From contig MPDC01000009.1 in the NCBI GenBank assembly GCA_001874255.1, positions 30,490-94,489 on the forward strand: a DNA stretch of 64,000 bases, read 5' to 3'. Origin of the DNA: Alphaproteobacteria bacterium MedPE-SWcel (GTDB taxonomy: Bacteria; Pseudomonadota; Alphaproteobacteria; Rhodobacterales; Rhodobacteraceae). Made by a program: the position numbers and the translations under genes. Positions 29,300 through 38,093 of the stretch are shown here, one piece after another. Numbering within the stretch: the first letter of the stretch is position 1; each line of letters opens with the position of its first letter. The notes beneath the pieces are model-generated. The model had not been told where the DNA came from and searched no databases. It saw only the letters and a list, made by a program, of their open reading frames with translations.

Positions 29300-29427
29300 C
29301 CTGTCAGTCTCGGCTTCCTGTCAGTCTCGGCATCCTGTCAGTCTCGGCATCCTGTTAGTATAGGCATCCGGTCAGTGTCGGGATGATTGGTGCCAATCCC
29401 CAGCCGCACAGCTCCCCAGCCGCACAG
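29300..29427. repeat. Tandem arrays: 5 x 17 bp (CCTGTCAGTCTCGGCAT) plus 2 x 16 bp (TCCCCAGCCGCACAGc)
   Basis: Units start at 29300, 29317, 29334, 29351 and 29368 (last two degenerate); second array at 29397 and 29413. Confidence 0.92.
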
Positions 29428-29517
29428 ACTCATTGATGGTTGCAGGTAGACGCTTGCGATGGCTGCGTTTGCCAGCCGCGACCTATGGGCCGCGGCCTGG
29501 CTCTTTCACAGGAGTCC

Positions 29518-30285
29518 CTACGCGGCCTGAAGTGCGCGCATCCATCGCAGGCTGTCCTCGGTTCGAGGGGTGCTGGGGGTGTATTCCGCACTGACCCAGC
29601 CGCTGTATCCGCTGGCATCGATCGCGGCGAAAAGCTCGGTGAAATCCAGCGGCCCGCGCCCCGGCTCACACCGCGACGGTGCGGCCGCGAATTGCACATG
29701 AGCCGCGCGATGCCCGAAAGTTTCCCAGACCTTGAGCGCATCACCATGGATCAATTGGGCATGATAGGCATCGAATTGAAGCGCGACATTATTGCAGCCG
29801 ACCTCGTCCAGGATGTCCACCGCGAGATTGTAGTCATCCAGGAAATAGCCGGGGAAGTCGCCCGAGTTCAGGGGCTCGATGGTGAAGTTCTGATAGGGTG
29901 CCGCTTCGGCCGCAGCCTGTAGATTTCGCACGAAGGTCCTGCGCGCCTCTTCGCCCTTTGCAGGCCCCGCCATCACATGGATATGGCCCGCCTTCAACGC
30001 CTCTGCATAGCGCAGCACCCGGCGAATATCGCGCTGAAACCGGTCGGCCAACTCAGGCACCGCCGCATACCCTGGATCACCGCCTGTGTAGTTTGGCGGC
30101 GGCGCATTGATCAAAACCAGCTCCAACCCGTTGGCCAGCAGCGCGCGCTGCGTTTCCTTTGCTGCGAATTCATAGGGAAACAGCACCTCCACCGCCTCGA
30201 AACCAGCCTGGGCCGCAGCCGAAAACCGGTCCAGAAATGGCAGCTCTGCAAAGAGCATGGATAGATTCGCCGCGAACCTTGGCAT
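29518..30285 (-). CDS. Hydroxypyruvate isomerase (Hyi) family TIM-barrel protein
   Basis: MPRFAANLSMLFAE, IHVMAG, IEPLN, QFDAYHAQ and GWVSAEY; AGGAGG RBS. Confidence 0.9.
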   Translation of the reverse strand: MPRFAANLSMLFAELPFLDRFSAAAQAGFEAVEVLFPYEFAAKETQRALLANGLELVLINAPPPNYTGGDPGYAAVPELADRFQRDIRRVLRYAEALKAGHIHVMAGPAKGEEARRTFVRNLQAAAEAAPYQNFTIEPLNSGDFPGYFLDDYNLAVDILDEVGCNNVALQFDAYHAQLIHGDALKVWETFGHRAAHVQFAAAPSRCEPGRGPLDFTELFAAIDASGYSGWVSAEYTPSTPRTEDSLRWMRALQAA

Positions 30286-30535
30286 TCTCACCTCCTGTTG
30301 CGCGTGCAGTCCCTGCACCGCACCCTACCACAGTCAGGCAGCTGCTGCGGCAAGGTTTACTTTAATTTTGAACTGCATCAGTTCTCTCACCAATCGATAT
30401 GACCCTGTTGCGGACAAAAGAAAATGCCTGTGATTTGCGCAATTTTAACGGCTCGGCCCAGCCGTGCCAATGTCTGCGCCCACGGTCCGGAAAAACTGGC
30501 CGCTGCCTCCGAAACAGGCAAGCGATTTGCCGCGC

Positions 30536-31129
30536 TCAGGCGAGATCCAGCTCAGCTGCCGGGATCATGCGGAAGAATTGACAACCGGACCACAGCCCGA
30601 ACCAGCCGTCAACGGTCTCGCCACGCTCGACCAGGCGATAAAAGCTCTTGCGATCTATCAAGGCCTCCAGATCCGCCCGCACATGCACATAAGGGGCGGG
30701 TTCGCCAGTGGAGGCATCCCGCTCCACCCGGATCGGGTGGTCGGGTCCTGCGGAAACATGATCGCCGACATGGGTCTGAAAGGTCAGAACCTGCGCTGCG
30801 CCCGCTCCAGTCGCATTGAAATCCACCGCAACAAACGGCGCATCATCGACGGTGATTCCGACCTTTTCCACCGGTGTGACGAGGAAATATTTGCCGTCTT
30901 CCTTCTTCAGGATCGACGAAAACAGCTTTACCAGCTCAAAGCGACCAATCGGCGTGCCAAGGTAAAACCAGGTGCCATCCCGCGCGATACGCATGTCGAG
31001 ATCACCGCAAAAGGGCGGATTCCACAGGTGAACCGGCGGCAATCCGCCTTTTCCGGCAGCTTTTGCACTCGCCACAAGGGCATCTGCGGTCGGGGTCACG
31101 GCTTTTTGTCCATTCATTGCTTTTGCCAT
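30536..31129 (-). CDS. DUF1285 domain protein
   Basis: PPVHLWNPPFCGDLDMRIARDGTWFYLGTPI and TPVEKVGITVDDAPF. Confidence 0.88.
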   Translation of the reverse strand: MAKAMNGQKAVTPTADALVASAKAAGKGGLPPVHLWNPPFCGDLDMRIARDGTWFYLGTPIGRFELVKLFSSILKKEDGKYFLVTPVEKVGITVDDAPFVAVDFNATGAGAAQVLTFQTHVGDHVSAGPDHPIRVERDASTGEPAPYVHVRADLEALIDRKSFYRLVERGETVDGWFGLWSGCQFFRMIPAAELDLA

Positions 31130-31181
31130 TTCATCTCTGCGCGGTACACTCAAACCATATAAGCCCAGGGGAAGGGAAGTC

Positions 31182-32189
31182 ATGAGCGAGCCACAGGATC
31201 TTTTGTCCGACATCGAGACGCTGGAAATCAAGCTTCAGGAGGCGCGCCAATCGATCACCCGCCGGTTCATCGGTCAGGAGCGGGTCGTCGACCTCACCCT
31301 CGCGACGCTGCTCTGCGGGGGGCACGGGCTGCTGATCGGCCTGCCCGGCCTCGGCAAAACGCGGCTTGTCGATGCCCTGTCGACCGTGATGGGCCTGAAA
31401 GGCAACCGGGTGCAGTTCACTCCGGATCTGATGCCTGCGGATATTCTGGGCTCCGAGGTGCTGGACACCGCGCCGGATGGCACCCGCGCGTTCCGCTTTG
31501 TCGAAGGCCCGATCTTCTGCCAACTGCTGATGGCAGATGAAATCAACCGGGCCAGCCCCCGAACGCAATCCGCCCTGCTTCAGGCCATGCAGGAGAAAAC
31601 CGTGACCGTCGCCGGCGAGGATCGGCCATTGGACGCCCCCTTCCACGTGCTGGCAACCCAGAACCCGATCGAGCAGGAAGGCACCTATCCGCTGCCCGAA
31701 GCCCAGCTTGACCGGTTCCTCCTGCAGATCGACGTCACCTACCCGGACCGCGACACGGAGCGCGCGATCCTGCTGGCCACCACCGGCGCCGAAGAAGAAG
31801 AGGCCCACCAGGTCTTCACCACGCAAGAGCTGATCGCGGCGCAGACCCTGTTGCGCCGGATGCCTGTCGGCGAGTCCGTGGTGGAGCTGATCCTGGATCT
31901 GGTCCGCGCCTTCCGGCCCGAGGAGCCAGGTGTTTCTGACCGGGTGGCGCAGACCGTCGCCTGGGGACCGGGACCGCGCGCGGCGCAGGCGCTGATGCTG
32001 GCGGTTCGGGCACGGGCGCTCTTGCAGGGGCGGCTGGCCCCCAACCCGGAGGATGTGATCGACATGGCCCGCCCCGTCCTGAGCCACCGCATGCAGCTGA
32101 ACTTTGCCGCGCGGGCGCGGGGCGATACCCTGGCCGAACTGATTGATGACACCGCCGCAGAACTGGTCCGGTCTGAGGCCGCCGCGTGA
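31182..32189 (+). CDS. MoxR family AAA+ ATPase
   Basis: Walker A GLPGLGKT, RVQFTPDLMPADI, Walker B ADEINRA and NPIEQEGTYPLPEAQLDRF. Confidence 0.95.
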   Translation: MSEPQDLLSDIETLEIKLQEARQSITRRFIGQERVVDLTLATLLCGGHGLLIGLPGLGKTRLVDALSTVMGLKGNRVQFTPDLMPADILGSEVLDTAPDGTRAFRFVEGPIFCQLLMADEINRASPRTQSALLQAMQEKTVTVAGEDRPLDAPFHVLATQNPIEQEGTYPLPEAQLDRFLLQIDVTYPDRDTERAILLATTGAEEEEAHQVFTTQELIAAQTLLRRMPVGESVVELILDLVRAFRPEEPGVSDRVAQTVAWGPGPRAAQALMLAVRARALLQGRLAPNPEDVIDMARPVLSHRMQLNFAARARGDTLAELIDDTAAELVRSEAAA

Positions 32190-33094
32190 GTCTGGCCGCA
32201 ACCTCCAGGTCACTTGCCGCGCGCGGCCCCGCCGGTCAGTTGAGATCGCGCGCCGAAGAGGCCGCGAGCGTCCTGCCCCCGCTCTTGGTGCAGGCACAGC
32301 AACTGGCCGGGGCCGTTCTGCTGGGGGACCACGGCCGACGGCGCTCGGGTGTGGGCGACGATTTCTGGCAGTATCGCCCGGTTCAGCAAGGCGACAGCCG
32401 CCGTATGATCGACCATCGCCGCTCCGCCAGAGGCGATCAGCAATTTGTCCGCGAGCGGGAATGGCACATCGCCCAGACCGTCCATCTCTGGGTGGATCAG
32501 GGCCAATCGATGCGCTTTGCCTCCGACCCCGGCCTGCCACAGAAAATCGAACGGGCGCGGCTTTTGGCGCTGGCGGCTGCGGTGCTGATGGTCCGTGGTG
32601 GCGAACGGGTGGGTCTGACTGGCGGGGTATTGCCCCCGCGGCGCGGCAACGCCCAGATCCTGCGCATCGCAGAGCACTTCACCACCGACGAGACGGCCGC
32701 CTATGCGCCGCCCGAGCATCGCGGGCTGATTCCGCATGCCCGGGCCCTGTTCATTTCCGATTTCCTCGGCCCGTTCGAGGAGCTGGAGATCGCCCTGACC
32801 AAAGCCGCTGACCGCGGATTGCGCGGCGTGTTGCTACAGGTTCTGGACCCGAGCGAGGAGCTGTTTCCCTTTGCCGGCCGCACCCGATTTGAGAGCATGA
32901 CCGCAGATGTCCGCCACGAGACCCTGAAAGCCTCGGCACTGCGCGATCGCTATCTGGACCGGCTGGCAGAACGGCGGGATGCGCTGAACGCGCTCTGCAG
33001 AGCGGCCGGCTGGACCCTCGGTCTGCATCACTGTGGCGACAGCGCCCAATCCGGTCTGTTGTGGCTCTATCATGCATTGGAGCGACGCCCATGA
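32186..33094 (+). CDS. DUF58 domain protein (MoxR partner)
   Basis: HGRRRSGVGDDFWQYR...GD...ID...SAR motif; GTGA overlap with MoxR. Confidence 0.9.
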   Translation: MSLAATSRSLAARGPAGQLRSRAEEAASVLPPLLVQAQQLAGAVLLGDHGRRRSGVGDDFWQYRPVQQGDSRRMIDHRRSARGDQQFVREREWHIAQTVHLWVDQGQSMRFASDPGLPQKIERARLLALAAAVLMVRGGERVGLTGGVLPPRRGNAQILRIAEHFTTDETAAYAPPEHRGLIPHARALFISDFLGPFEELEIALTKAADRGLRGVLLQVLDPSEELFPFAGRTRFESMTADVRHETLKASALRDRYLDRLAERRDALNALCRAAGWTLGLHHCGDSAQSGLLWLYHALERRP

Positions 33095-35862
33095 CCCTGA
33101 TCGCGGGCATCGGTTTCACCAGTCCCTGGCTCTTGCTGGGGTTGCTGGTCCTGCCGCTCCTGTGGCTGCTGCTGCGGGCAATTCCCCCGGCGCCGAAACG
33201 CCAGCCTTTTCCTGCCGTCACCTTGCTTCTTGGACTGCGTGACGACGAAAGCCTGTCGGATCGCACCCCCTGGTGGTTGCTGCTGCTGCGTATGCTGGCT
33301 GTCGCGGCGGCGATTATCGGCCTGTCCGGTCCGGTCTTGAACCCGGCTCAGGACTACGGCGGACGTGGACCTTTGCTGATTGTTCTGGATTCAAGCTGGG
33401 CCGGCGCGCCGAGATGGGATCAGAACCGCACCCAGATCGAAGCGGAGCTGTCCGAGGCCGGCCGCGCCGGGCGGCCCGTGGCCCTGCTGCGCCTGACCGC
33501 ACCGGAACCGTTGCAATTCCTCTCCGCCCCGCAGTGGACCCGTCAGCTCGCCGGGATGCCCCCGCACCCCTGGACGCCCGGCCCGGCTCAGCTCGCACAG
33601 GCACAGACCATGATCGCGGCAACCGAAGGCGGCTTTGATACGCTCTGGCTCAGCGATGGGCTGGCGATGGAGGGGCGCGCAGATCTGGTGGCTGCCCTGT
33701 CGGATCACGGCGAGATCGAGGTCTATGAAAGCGCCACACCGACGCTCGGATTGCTGCCTGCCACCTACGACGACGGGGCGATCGTCCTGCGCGCCCAGCG
33801 CAGCACCTCCGGCTTGCCGCAGGACATCACCGTGCAGGCCGTCGGACCCGACCCGGCTGGCGTGGAGCGGGCATTGGCCGCCGCCACGCTGGCCTTTGAC
33901 GCAAACTCGACCCATGCCGAGGGCAGGCTGACCCTGCCGATGGAATTGCGCGCCCGGATCAGCCGCTTCGAGATCCTGAACAGCCGCTCCGCCGGGGCCG
34001 TGTCGCTCACCGATGACCGCCTGCGCCGACGCGAAGTCGCCCTGATCTCGGCCCAGAGCAGCAACGAAGGTCTCGCCTTGCTGTCTCCGCTACACTACCT
34101 GCGACAGGCGCTGATACCGTCCACGGAACTGCTGGAAGGGGCCCTGACCGATCTTTTGCCCGCGAATCCGGACGTGGTTATTCTCGCCGATGTGGCGCGG
34201 CTGGCCCCGGATCAGGAGGCGGCTCTGGTGGATTGGGTCGAACAGGGCGGGCTGTTGCTGCGGTTTGCTGGCCCCCGTCTGGCCGCCAGCGATACCGCCC
34301 GCGACACCGAGGAACCCCTGATGCCGGTTCGCCTGCGGATCGGCGGTCGCAGCATCGGCGGCGCCATGAGCTGGGGAGAGCCCAAGTCGCTGGCCCCCTT
34401 TGCCGAGGGCACCCCGTTTTATGGCCTGGAGATTCCCGATGAGGTCACCATCGGGTCGCAGGTCATGGCGCAGCCGGACCCGGAACTGGCAAATCGTGTC
34501 GTGGCCGAGTTGAACGACGGTACGCCATTGGTCACCCGCAAGGCCCTTGGGCAGGGGCAGGTGATCCTGTTTCACGTCACCGCCAATGCGGAATGGAGCA
34601 CCCTTCCCCTCTCCGGTCTCTTTGTCGAGATGCTGGAGCGGCTCGCCATCTCGTCTGTCGCGAAACCTCCCGAAGCGGAGGATCTGGACGGCACTACATG
34701 GCAGGCGACGGCGGTGCTGGATGGGTTCGGCCGCCTGGTGGATGCGGATAGCCTCGCGGGCGTAGCCGGACCGGAGCTGATCGCAGGCGCTGCCGGACCC
34801 GAGCTGCAACCCGGTCTCTATACCAGCGGCAAACGCGCCTATGCCCGAAATGTCCTGCGCGACGGCGATGAGCTTCTGCCGGCCCGCTGGCCCGCCTCGG
34901 TGCCGGTGCAGCTCTACGAAGCGGCAAAGGAACGGCCCTTGGCTGGCGCATTGATCGGGCTTGCCCTGCTGTTGATGGCCGTTGATGTGGTGGCGGCGCT
35001 GCTGGTCTCCGGGCTCTGGTCTCCGGCACGGGTCGCGGGTCTGGCCTTGGCCTGTGCGCTCGGGCTGATCCTCGGTGTCGCCCCACAGAGCGGACAGGCC
35101 CAATCCACGCGGACGGCAACGGATCTGACCGCGAACCTCACCCTCGCATTCGTGAAAACCGGACAGGCCGACGCGGATCGGATCGCCGAAGAAGGCTTGC
35201 GGGGCCTCGGGAATGTGCTCAGCCTGCGGACCTCGGTCGAGCCGGCCGCCCCCTACGGAGTTGACCTCGAAACCGACGAGCTGTCGTTTTTTCCCTTTCT
35301 GTACTGGCCTGTGACCGATGCGCAGCCGATGCCCTCGTCCGATGCCTATGCCCGTCTCAACGATTATCTGCGCACCGGTGGAATGATCCTGTTCGATACC
35401 CGTGATGCCGACCTTGCCCAGGCCGGAGCCACCAGCAGCGCGGCGCGGCGCTTGCAGCAACTGGCATTGCCGCTCGATATTCCGCCTCTGGAACCCATGC
35501 CGGCCGACCACGTGCTGACCCGCGCCTTCTATCTGCTGCAGGATTTTCCGGGCCGTTTTCCACGCGGGCAGATCTGGGTCGAAGCTGCGCCGCCGGATGC
35601 CGAACAGGTAGAAGGGCTGCCGTTTCGCAACCTCAACGACGGCGTCACTCCGGTGGTCATCGGCGGCAACGATTGGGCCGCGGCCTGGGCCGTCGACGCA
35701 GACAATGTGCCGCTCTACCCGGTCGGGCGCGGCTTTTCCGGCGAACGCCAGCGCGAGCTGGCCCGGCGCTTTGGCGTCAACCTTCTGATGCATGTGCTGA
35801 CCGGCAACTACAAATCCGATCAGGTGCATGTCCCTGCCCTGCTTGACCGGCTGGGGCAATAA
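33091..35862 (+). CDS. BatA N-terminal / vWA-like / GATase-like / DUF4159 membrane protein
   Basis: N-terminal FTSPWLLLGL...FPAVTLL (BatA), LIVLDSS and LWLSDG vWA-like motifs, C-terminal FGVNLLMHVLTGNYKSDQVH; ATGA overlap. Confidence 0.85.
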   Translation: MTLIAGIGFTSPWLLLGLLVLPLLWLLLRAIPPAPKRQPFPAVTLLLGLRDDESLSDRTPWWLLLLRMLAVAAAIIGLSGPVLNPAQDYGGRGPLLIVLDSSWAGAPRWDQNRTQIEAELSEAGRAGRPVALLRLTAPEPLQFLSAPQWTRQLAGMPPHPWTPGPAQLAQAQTMIAATEGGFDTLWLSDGLAMEGRADLVAALSDHGEIEVYESATPTLGLLPATYDDGAIVLRAQRSTSGLPQDITVQAVGPDPAGVERALAAATLAFDANSTHAEGRLTLPMELRARISRFEILNSRSAGAVSLTDDRLRRREVALISAQSSNEGLALLSPLHYLRQALIPSTELLEGALTDLLPANPDVVILADVARLAPDQEAALVDWVEQGGLLLRFAGPRLAASDTARDTEEPLMPVRLRIGGRSIGGAMSWGEPKSLAPFAEGTPFYGLEIPDEVTIGSQVMAQPDPELANRVVAELNDGTPLVTRKALGQGQVILFHVTANAEWSTLPLSGLFVEMLERLAISSVAKPPEAEDLDGTTWQATAVLDGFGRLVDADSLAGVAGPELIAGAAGPELQPGLYTSGKRAYARNVLRDGDELLPARWPASVPVQLYEAAKERPLAGALIGLALLLMAVDVVAALLVSGLWSPARVAGLALACALGLILGVAPQSGQAQSTRTATDLTANLTLAFVKTGQADADRIAEEGLRGLGNVLSLRTSVEPAAPYGVDLETDELSFFPFLYWPVTDAQPMPSSDAYARLNDYLRTGGMILFDTRDADLAQAGATSSAARRLQQLALPLDIPPLEPMPADHVLTRAFYLLQDFPGRFPRGQIWVEAAPPDAEQVEGLPFRNLNDGVTPVVIGGNDWAAAWAVDADNVPLYPVGRGFSGERQRELARRFGVNLLMHVLTGNYKSDQVHVPALLDRLGQ

Positions 35863-35906
35863 CCCATGGCTGATGGACCCATCCCGCAGCGAGGAGCGCC
35901 ACCGCG

Positions 35907-37949
35907 ATGACGCAAACGATCCTTTTTGATCCCCTGGTGCCCTGGCCGGTTCTGGCTGCGCTGACGGTGATCAGCCTTTTTGCGCTCGCACTCGCGCTCT
36001 GGCGCCGGCTGAAGGGGTGGGGACTGCGTGCGGGGGCAACGCTCGTTTTGCTGGCGGCCCTCTGCGGACCAGTGATCCAGCAGGAAGATCGCAGCCCCTT
36101 GCGCGATATTGTCATCGTCGCCGAGGACCACACCGCCAGCCAGCGCCTCTCCGATCGCCCGGATCAAATGGCGCAGGCCCGGTCGGAACTGGAAGACGCC
36201 CTTGCCAGCCGCCCGAATACCGAGGTGCGCTGGGTGACGGTCGATGACAGCCCCGACGATGGTGGCACCATGTTGCTCGATGCGATTTCGCGGGCGCTGG
36301 CGGACGAGCCGCGGGCGCGGGTTGCAGGCATCATTGCCCTGTCAGACGGGCAGGTCCACGATATTGAGCGCACTCCGGATCTGCCTGCGCCCCTGCATCT
36401 CTTGCTGACCGGTCGCGCCGATGACTGGGACCGCCGCCTGATCGTGAAGAATGCGCCGTCCTTCGGCATTATCGGCGAACCCATTACCCTGACGCTGCGG
36501 ATCGAGGATCAGGGCGCCGTTCCTGATGGTCAACGGCAGACGGACCTGCAGATTTCGGTCGATGGGGGCGCGGCGCAGAGCTTTCGCCTTCCCGTCGGCG
36601 TTGATTTCGACTTGCCCCTGACCCTGCCCCATGGCGGGCGCAACGTGATCGAGTTCCGCGTTCCCGAAGCCGAAGGAGAACTGACCCCACGCAACAATTC
36701 GGCTCTTCTGCAGATCAACGGCGTGCGCGACCGGCTGCGGGTGCTTCTGGTGTCCGGTGCCCCCCACCCGGGCGGCCGCACATGGCGCAACCTGCTAAAG
36801 TCCGATAGCGCCGTCGATCTGGTGCATTTCACCATTCTGCGACCGCCCGAGAAACAGGACGGGGTGCCGGTGGATGAATTGTCGCTGATTGCCTTTCCCA
36901 CCCGCGAACTGTTCCTCGAAAAGATCGAGGATTTCGACCTGATCATCTTTGATCGCTACAAGCGGCGCGGCATCCTGCCGTCGGTTTACCTCGATAATGT
37001 GGCCAATTATGTCCGGTCCGGCGGCGCTGTGCTGGTTGCCGCCGGACCGGACTTCGCGAGCGCCGACAGTATATTCCGCACGCCGCTCGCCGAAGTTCTG
37101 CCCGCGCGCCCCTCGGCCCGGGTGATCGAAGAACCCTACCGCCCGGCGCTCAGCGCCATCGGCCTGCAGCATCCAGTGACAGCCGAACTGACCGGAGCCG
37201 AAGACTGGGGCCGCTGGATGCGCCAGATCGAACTGGAACCGACCAGAGGGTCGATCCTGATGGAGGGCGTGGACCAACGCCCGCTGCTTCTGCTGGACCG
37301 GGTCGGAGAGGGCCGCGTGGCGCTTCTCGCCTCGGATCACGCCTGGCTCTGGAGCCGAGGCTACGACGGCGGCGGGCCACAGCTCGAATTGCTGCGTCGG
37401 CTTGCCCATTGGATGATGAAAGAGCCCGAACTGGAGGAAGAAGTCCTGACAGCCAATGCCACCGGAAAACGCATGCACATCCGGCGGCGCACGCTTGGCC
37501 AGGAGATGGGCACCGTCACCGTCACAGCGCCGGATGGCAGTGTCGCGGATGTGACCTTGTCAGAGACAGGTCCGGGCCTGTGGGAAGGCCAGTATGAAAG
37601 CGATCAGATCGGTCTCTATCGTCTTGAGGAAGGCACCGAAACCGCCGTGATCGGCCTCGGCCCCGCCGCACCGCGCGAATTCGAACAGACAATCGCGACG
37701 GCCCAGGTGATGGATCCCGCGATCCGCCTCCTGCGCGGTGGCGCATTGGCGTTGGAACAGGGCCTGCCAGTGTTGCGGAACATCCGGCAGGGCCGACCTG
37801 CGGCAGGCAGGGGCTGGATCGGTCTGGTTCCCCGCAACGCCTATGAAACAACCGCCGTCACCCAAACCGCGCTGATGCCGCCCTGGCTGATCTTGCTGCT
37901 GGCTACAACCCTTGTGATCACCGCCTGGCTTCGCGAAGGACGGGGCTAG
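35907..37949 (+). CDS. Membrane protein with vWA-like and class I glutamine amidotransferase-like domains
   Basis: Two N-terminal TMs, EDHTAS and LSDGQVHD, FPTRELF...FDLIIFDRY, and a C-terminal TM. Confidence 0.8.
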   Translation: MTQTILFDPLVPWPVLAALTVISLFALALALWRRLKGWGLRAGATLVLLAALCGPVIQQEDRSPLRDIVIVAEDHTASQRLSDRPDQMAQARSELEDALASRPNTEVRWVTVDDSPDDGGTMLLDAISRALADEPRARVAGIIALSDGQVHDIERTPDLPAPLHLLLTGRADDWDRRLIVKNAPSFGIIGEPITLTLRIEDQGAVPDGQRQTDLQISVDGGAAQSFRLPVGVDFDLPLTLPHGGRNVIEFRVPEAEGELTPRNNSALLQINGVRDRLRVLLVSGAPHPGGRTWRNLLKSDSAVDLVHFTILRPPEKQDGVPVDELSLIAFPTRELFLEKIEDFDLIIFDRYKRRGILPSVYLDNVANYVRSGGAVLVAAGPDFASADSIFRTPLAEVLPARPSARVIEEPYRPALSAIGLQHPVTAELTGAEDWGRWMRQIELEPTRGSILMEGVDQRPLLLLDRVGEGRVALLASDHAWLWSRGYDGGGPQLELLRRLAHWMMKEPELEEEVLTANATGKRMHIRRRTLGQEMGTVTVTAPDGSVADVTLSETGPGLWEGQYESDQIGLYRLEEGTETAVIGLGPAAPREFEQTIATAQVMDPAIRLLRGGALALEQGLPVLRNIRQGRPAAGRGWIGLVPRNAYETTAVTQTALMPPWLILLLATTLVITAWLREGRG

Positions 37950-38093
37950 GGCCCCCCTCCCATCCAGGCCGGGCCCAACCGCCTACGGCAGAGACAGCGT
38001 GAGACCGCATCGGAAGCGCAATACTTGAACCGGTACATTGCGGATATCCCCGCGATGGGCTGCCCCCGGTCGTGCTGTTCCGTGAACACCAGC

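Noticed and set aside
29300-29427. CRISPR array (also considered for 48245, 56791 and 59461)
   Set aside because: Units are 14-17 bp, directly abutting with no unique spacers, and there are no cas genes in the window.
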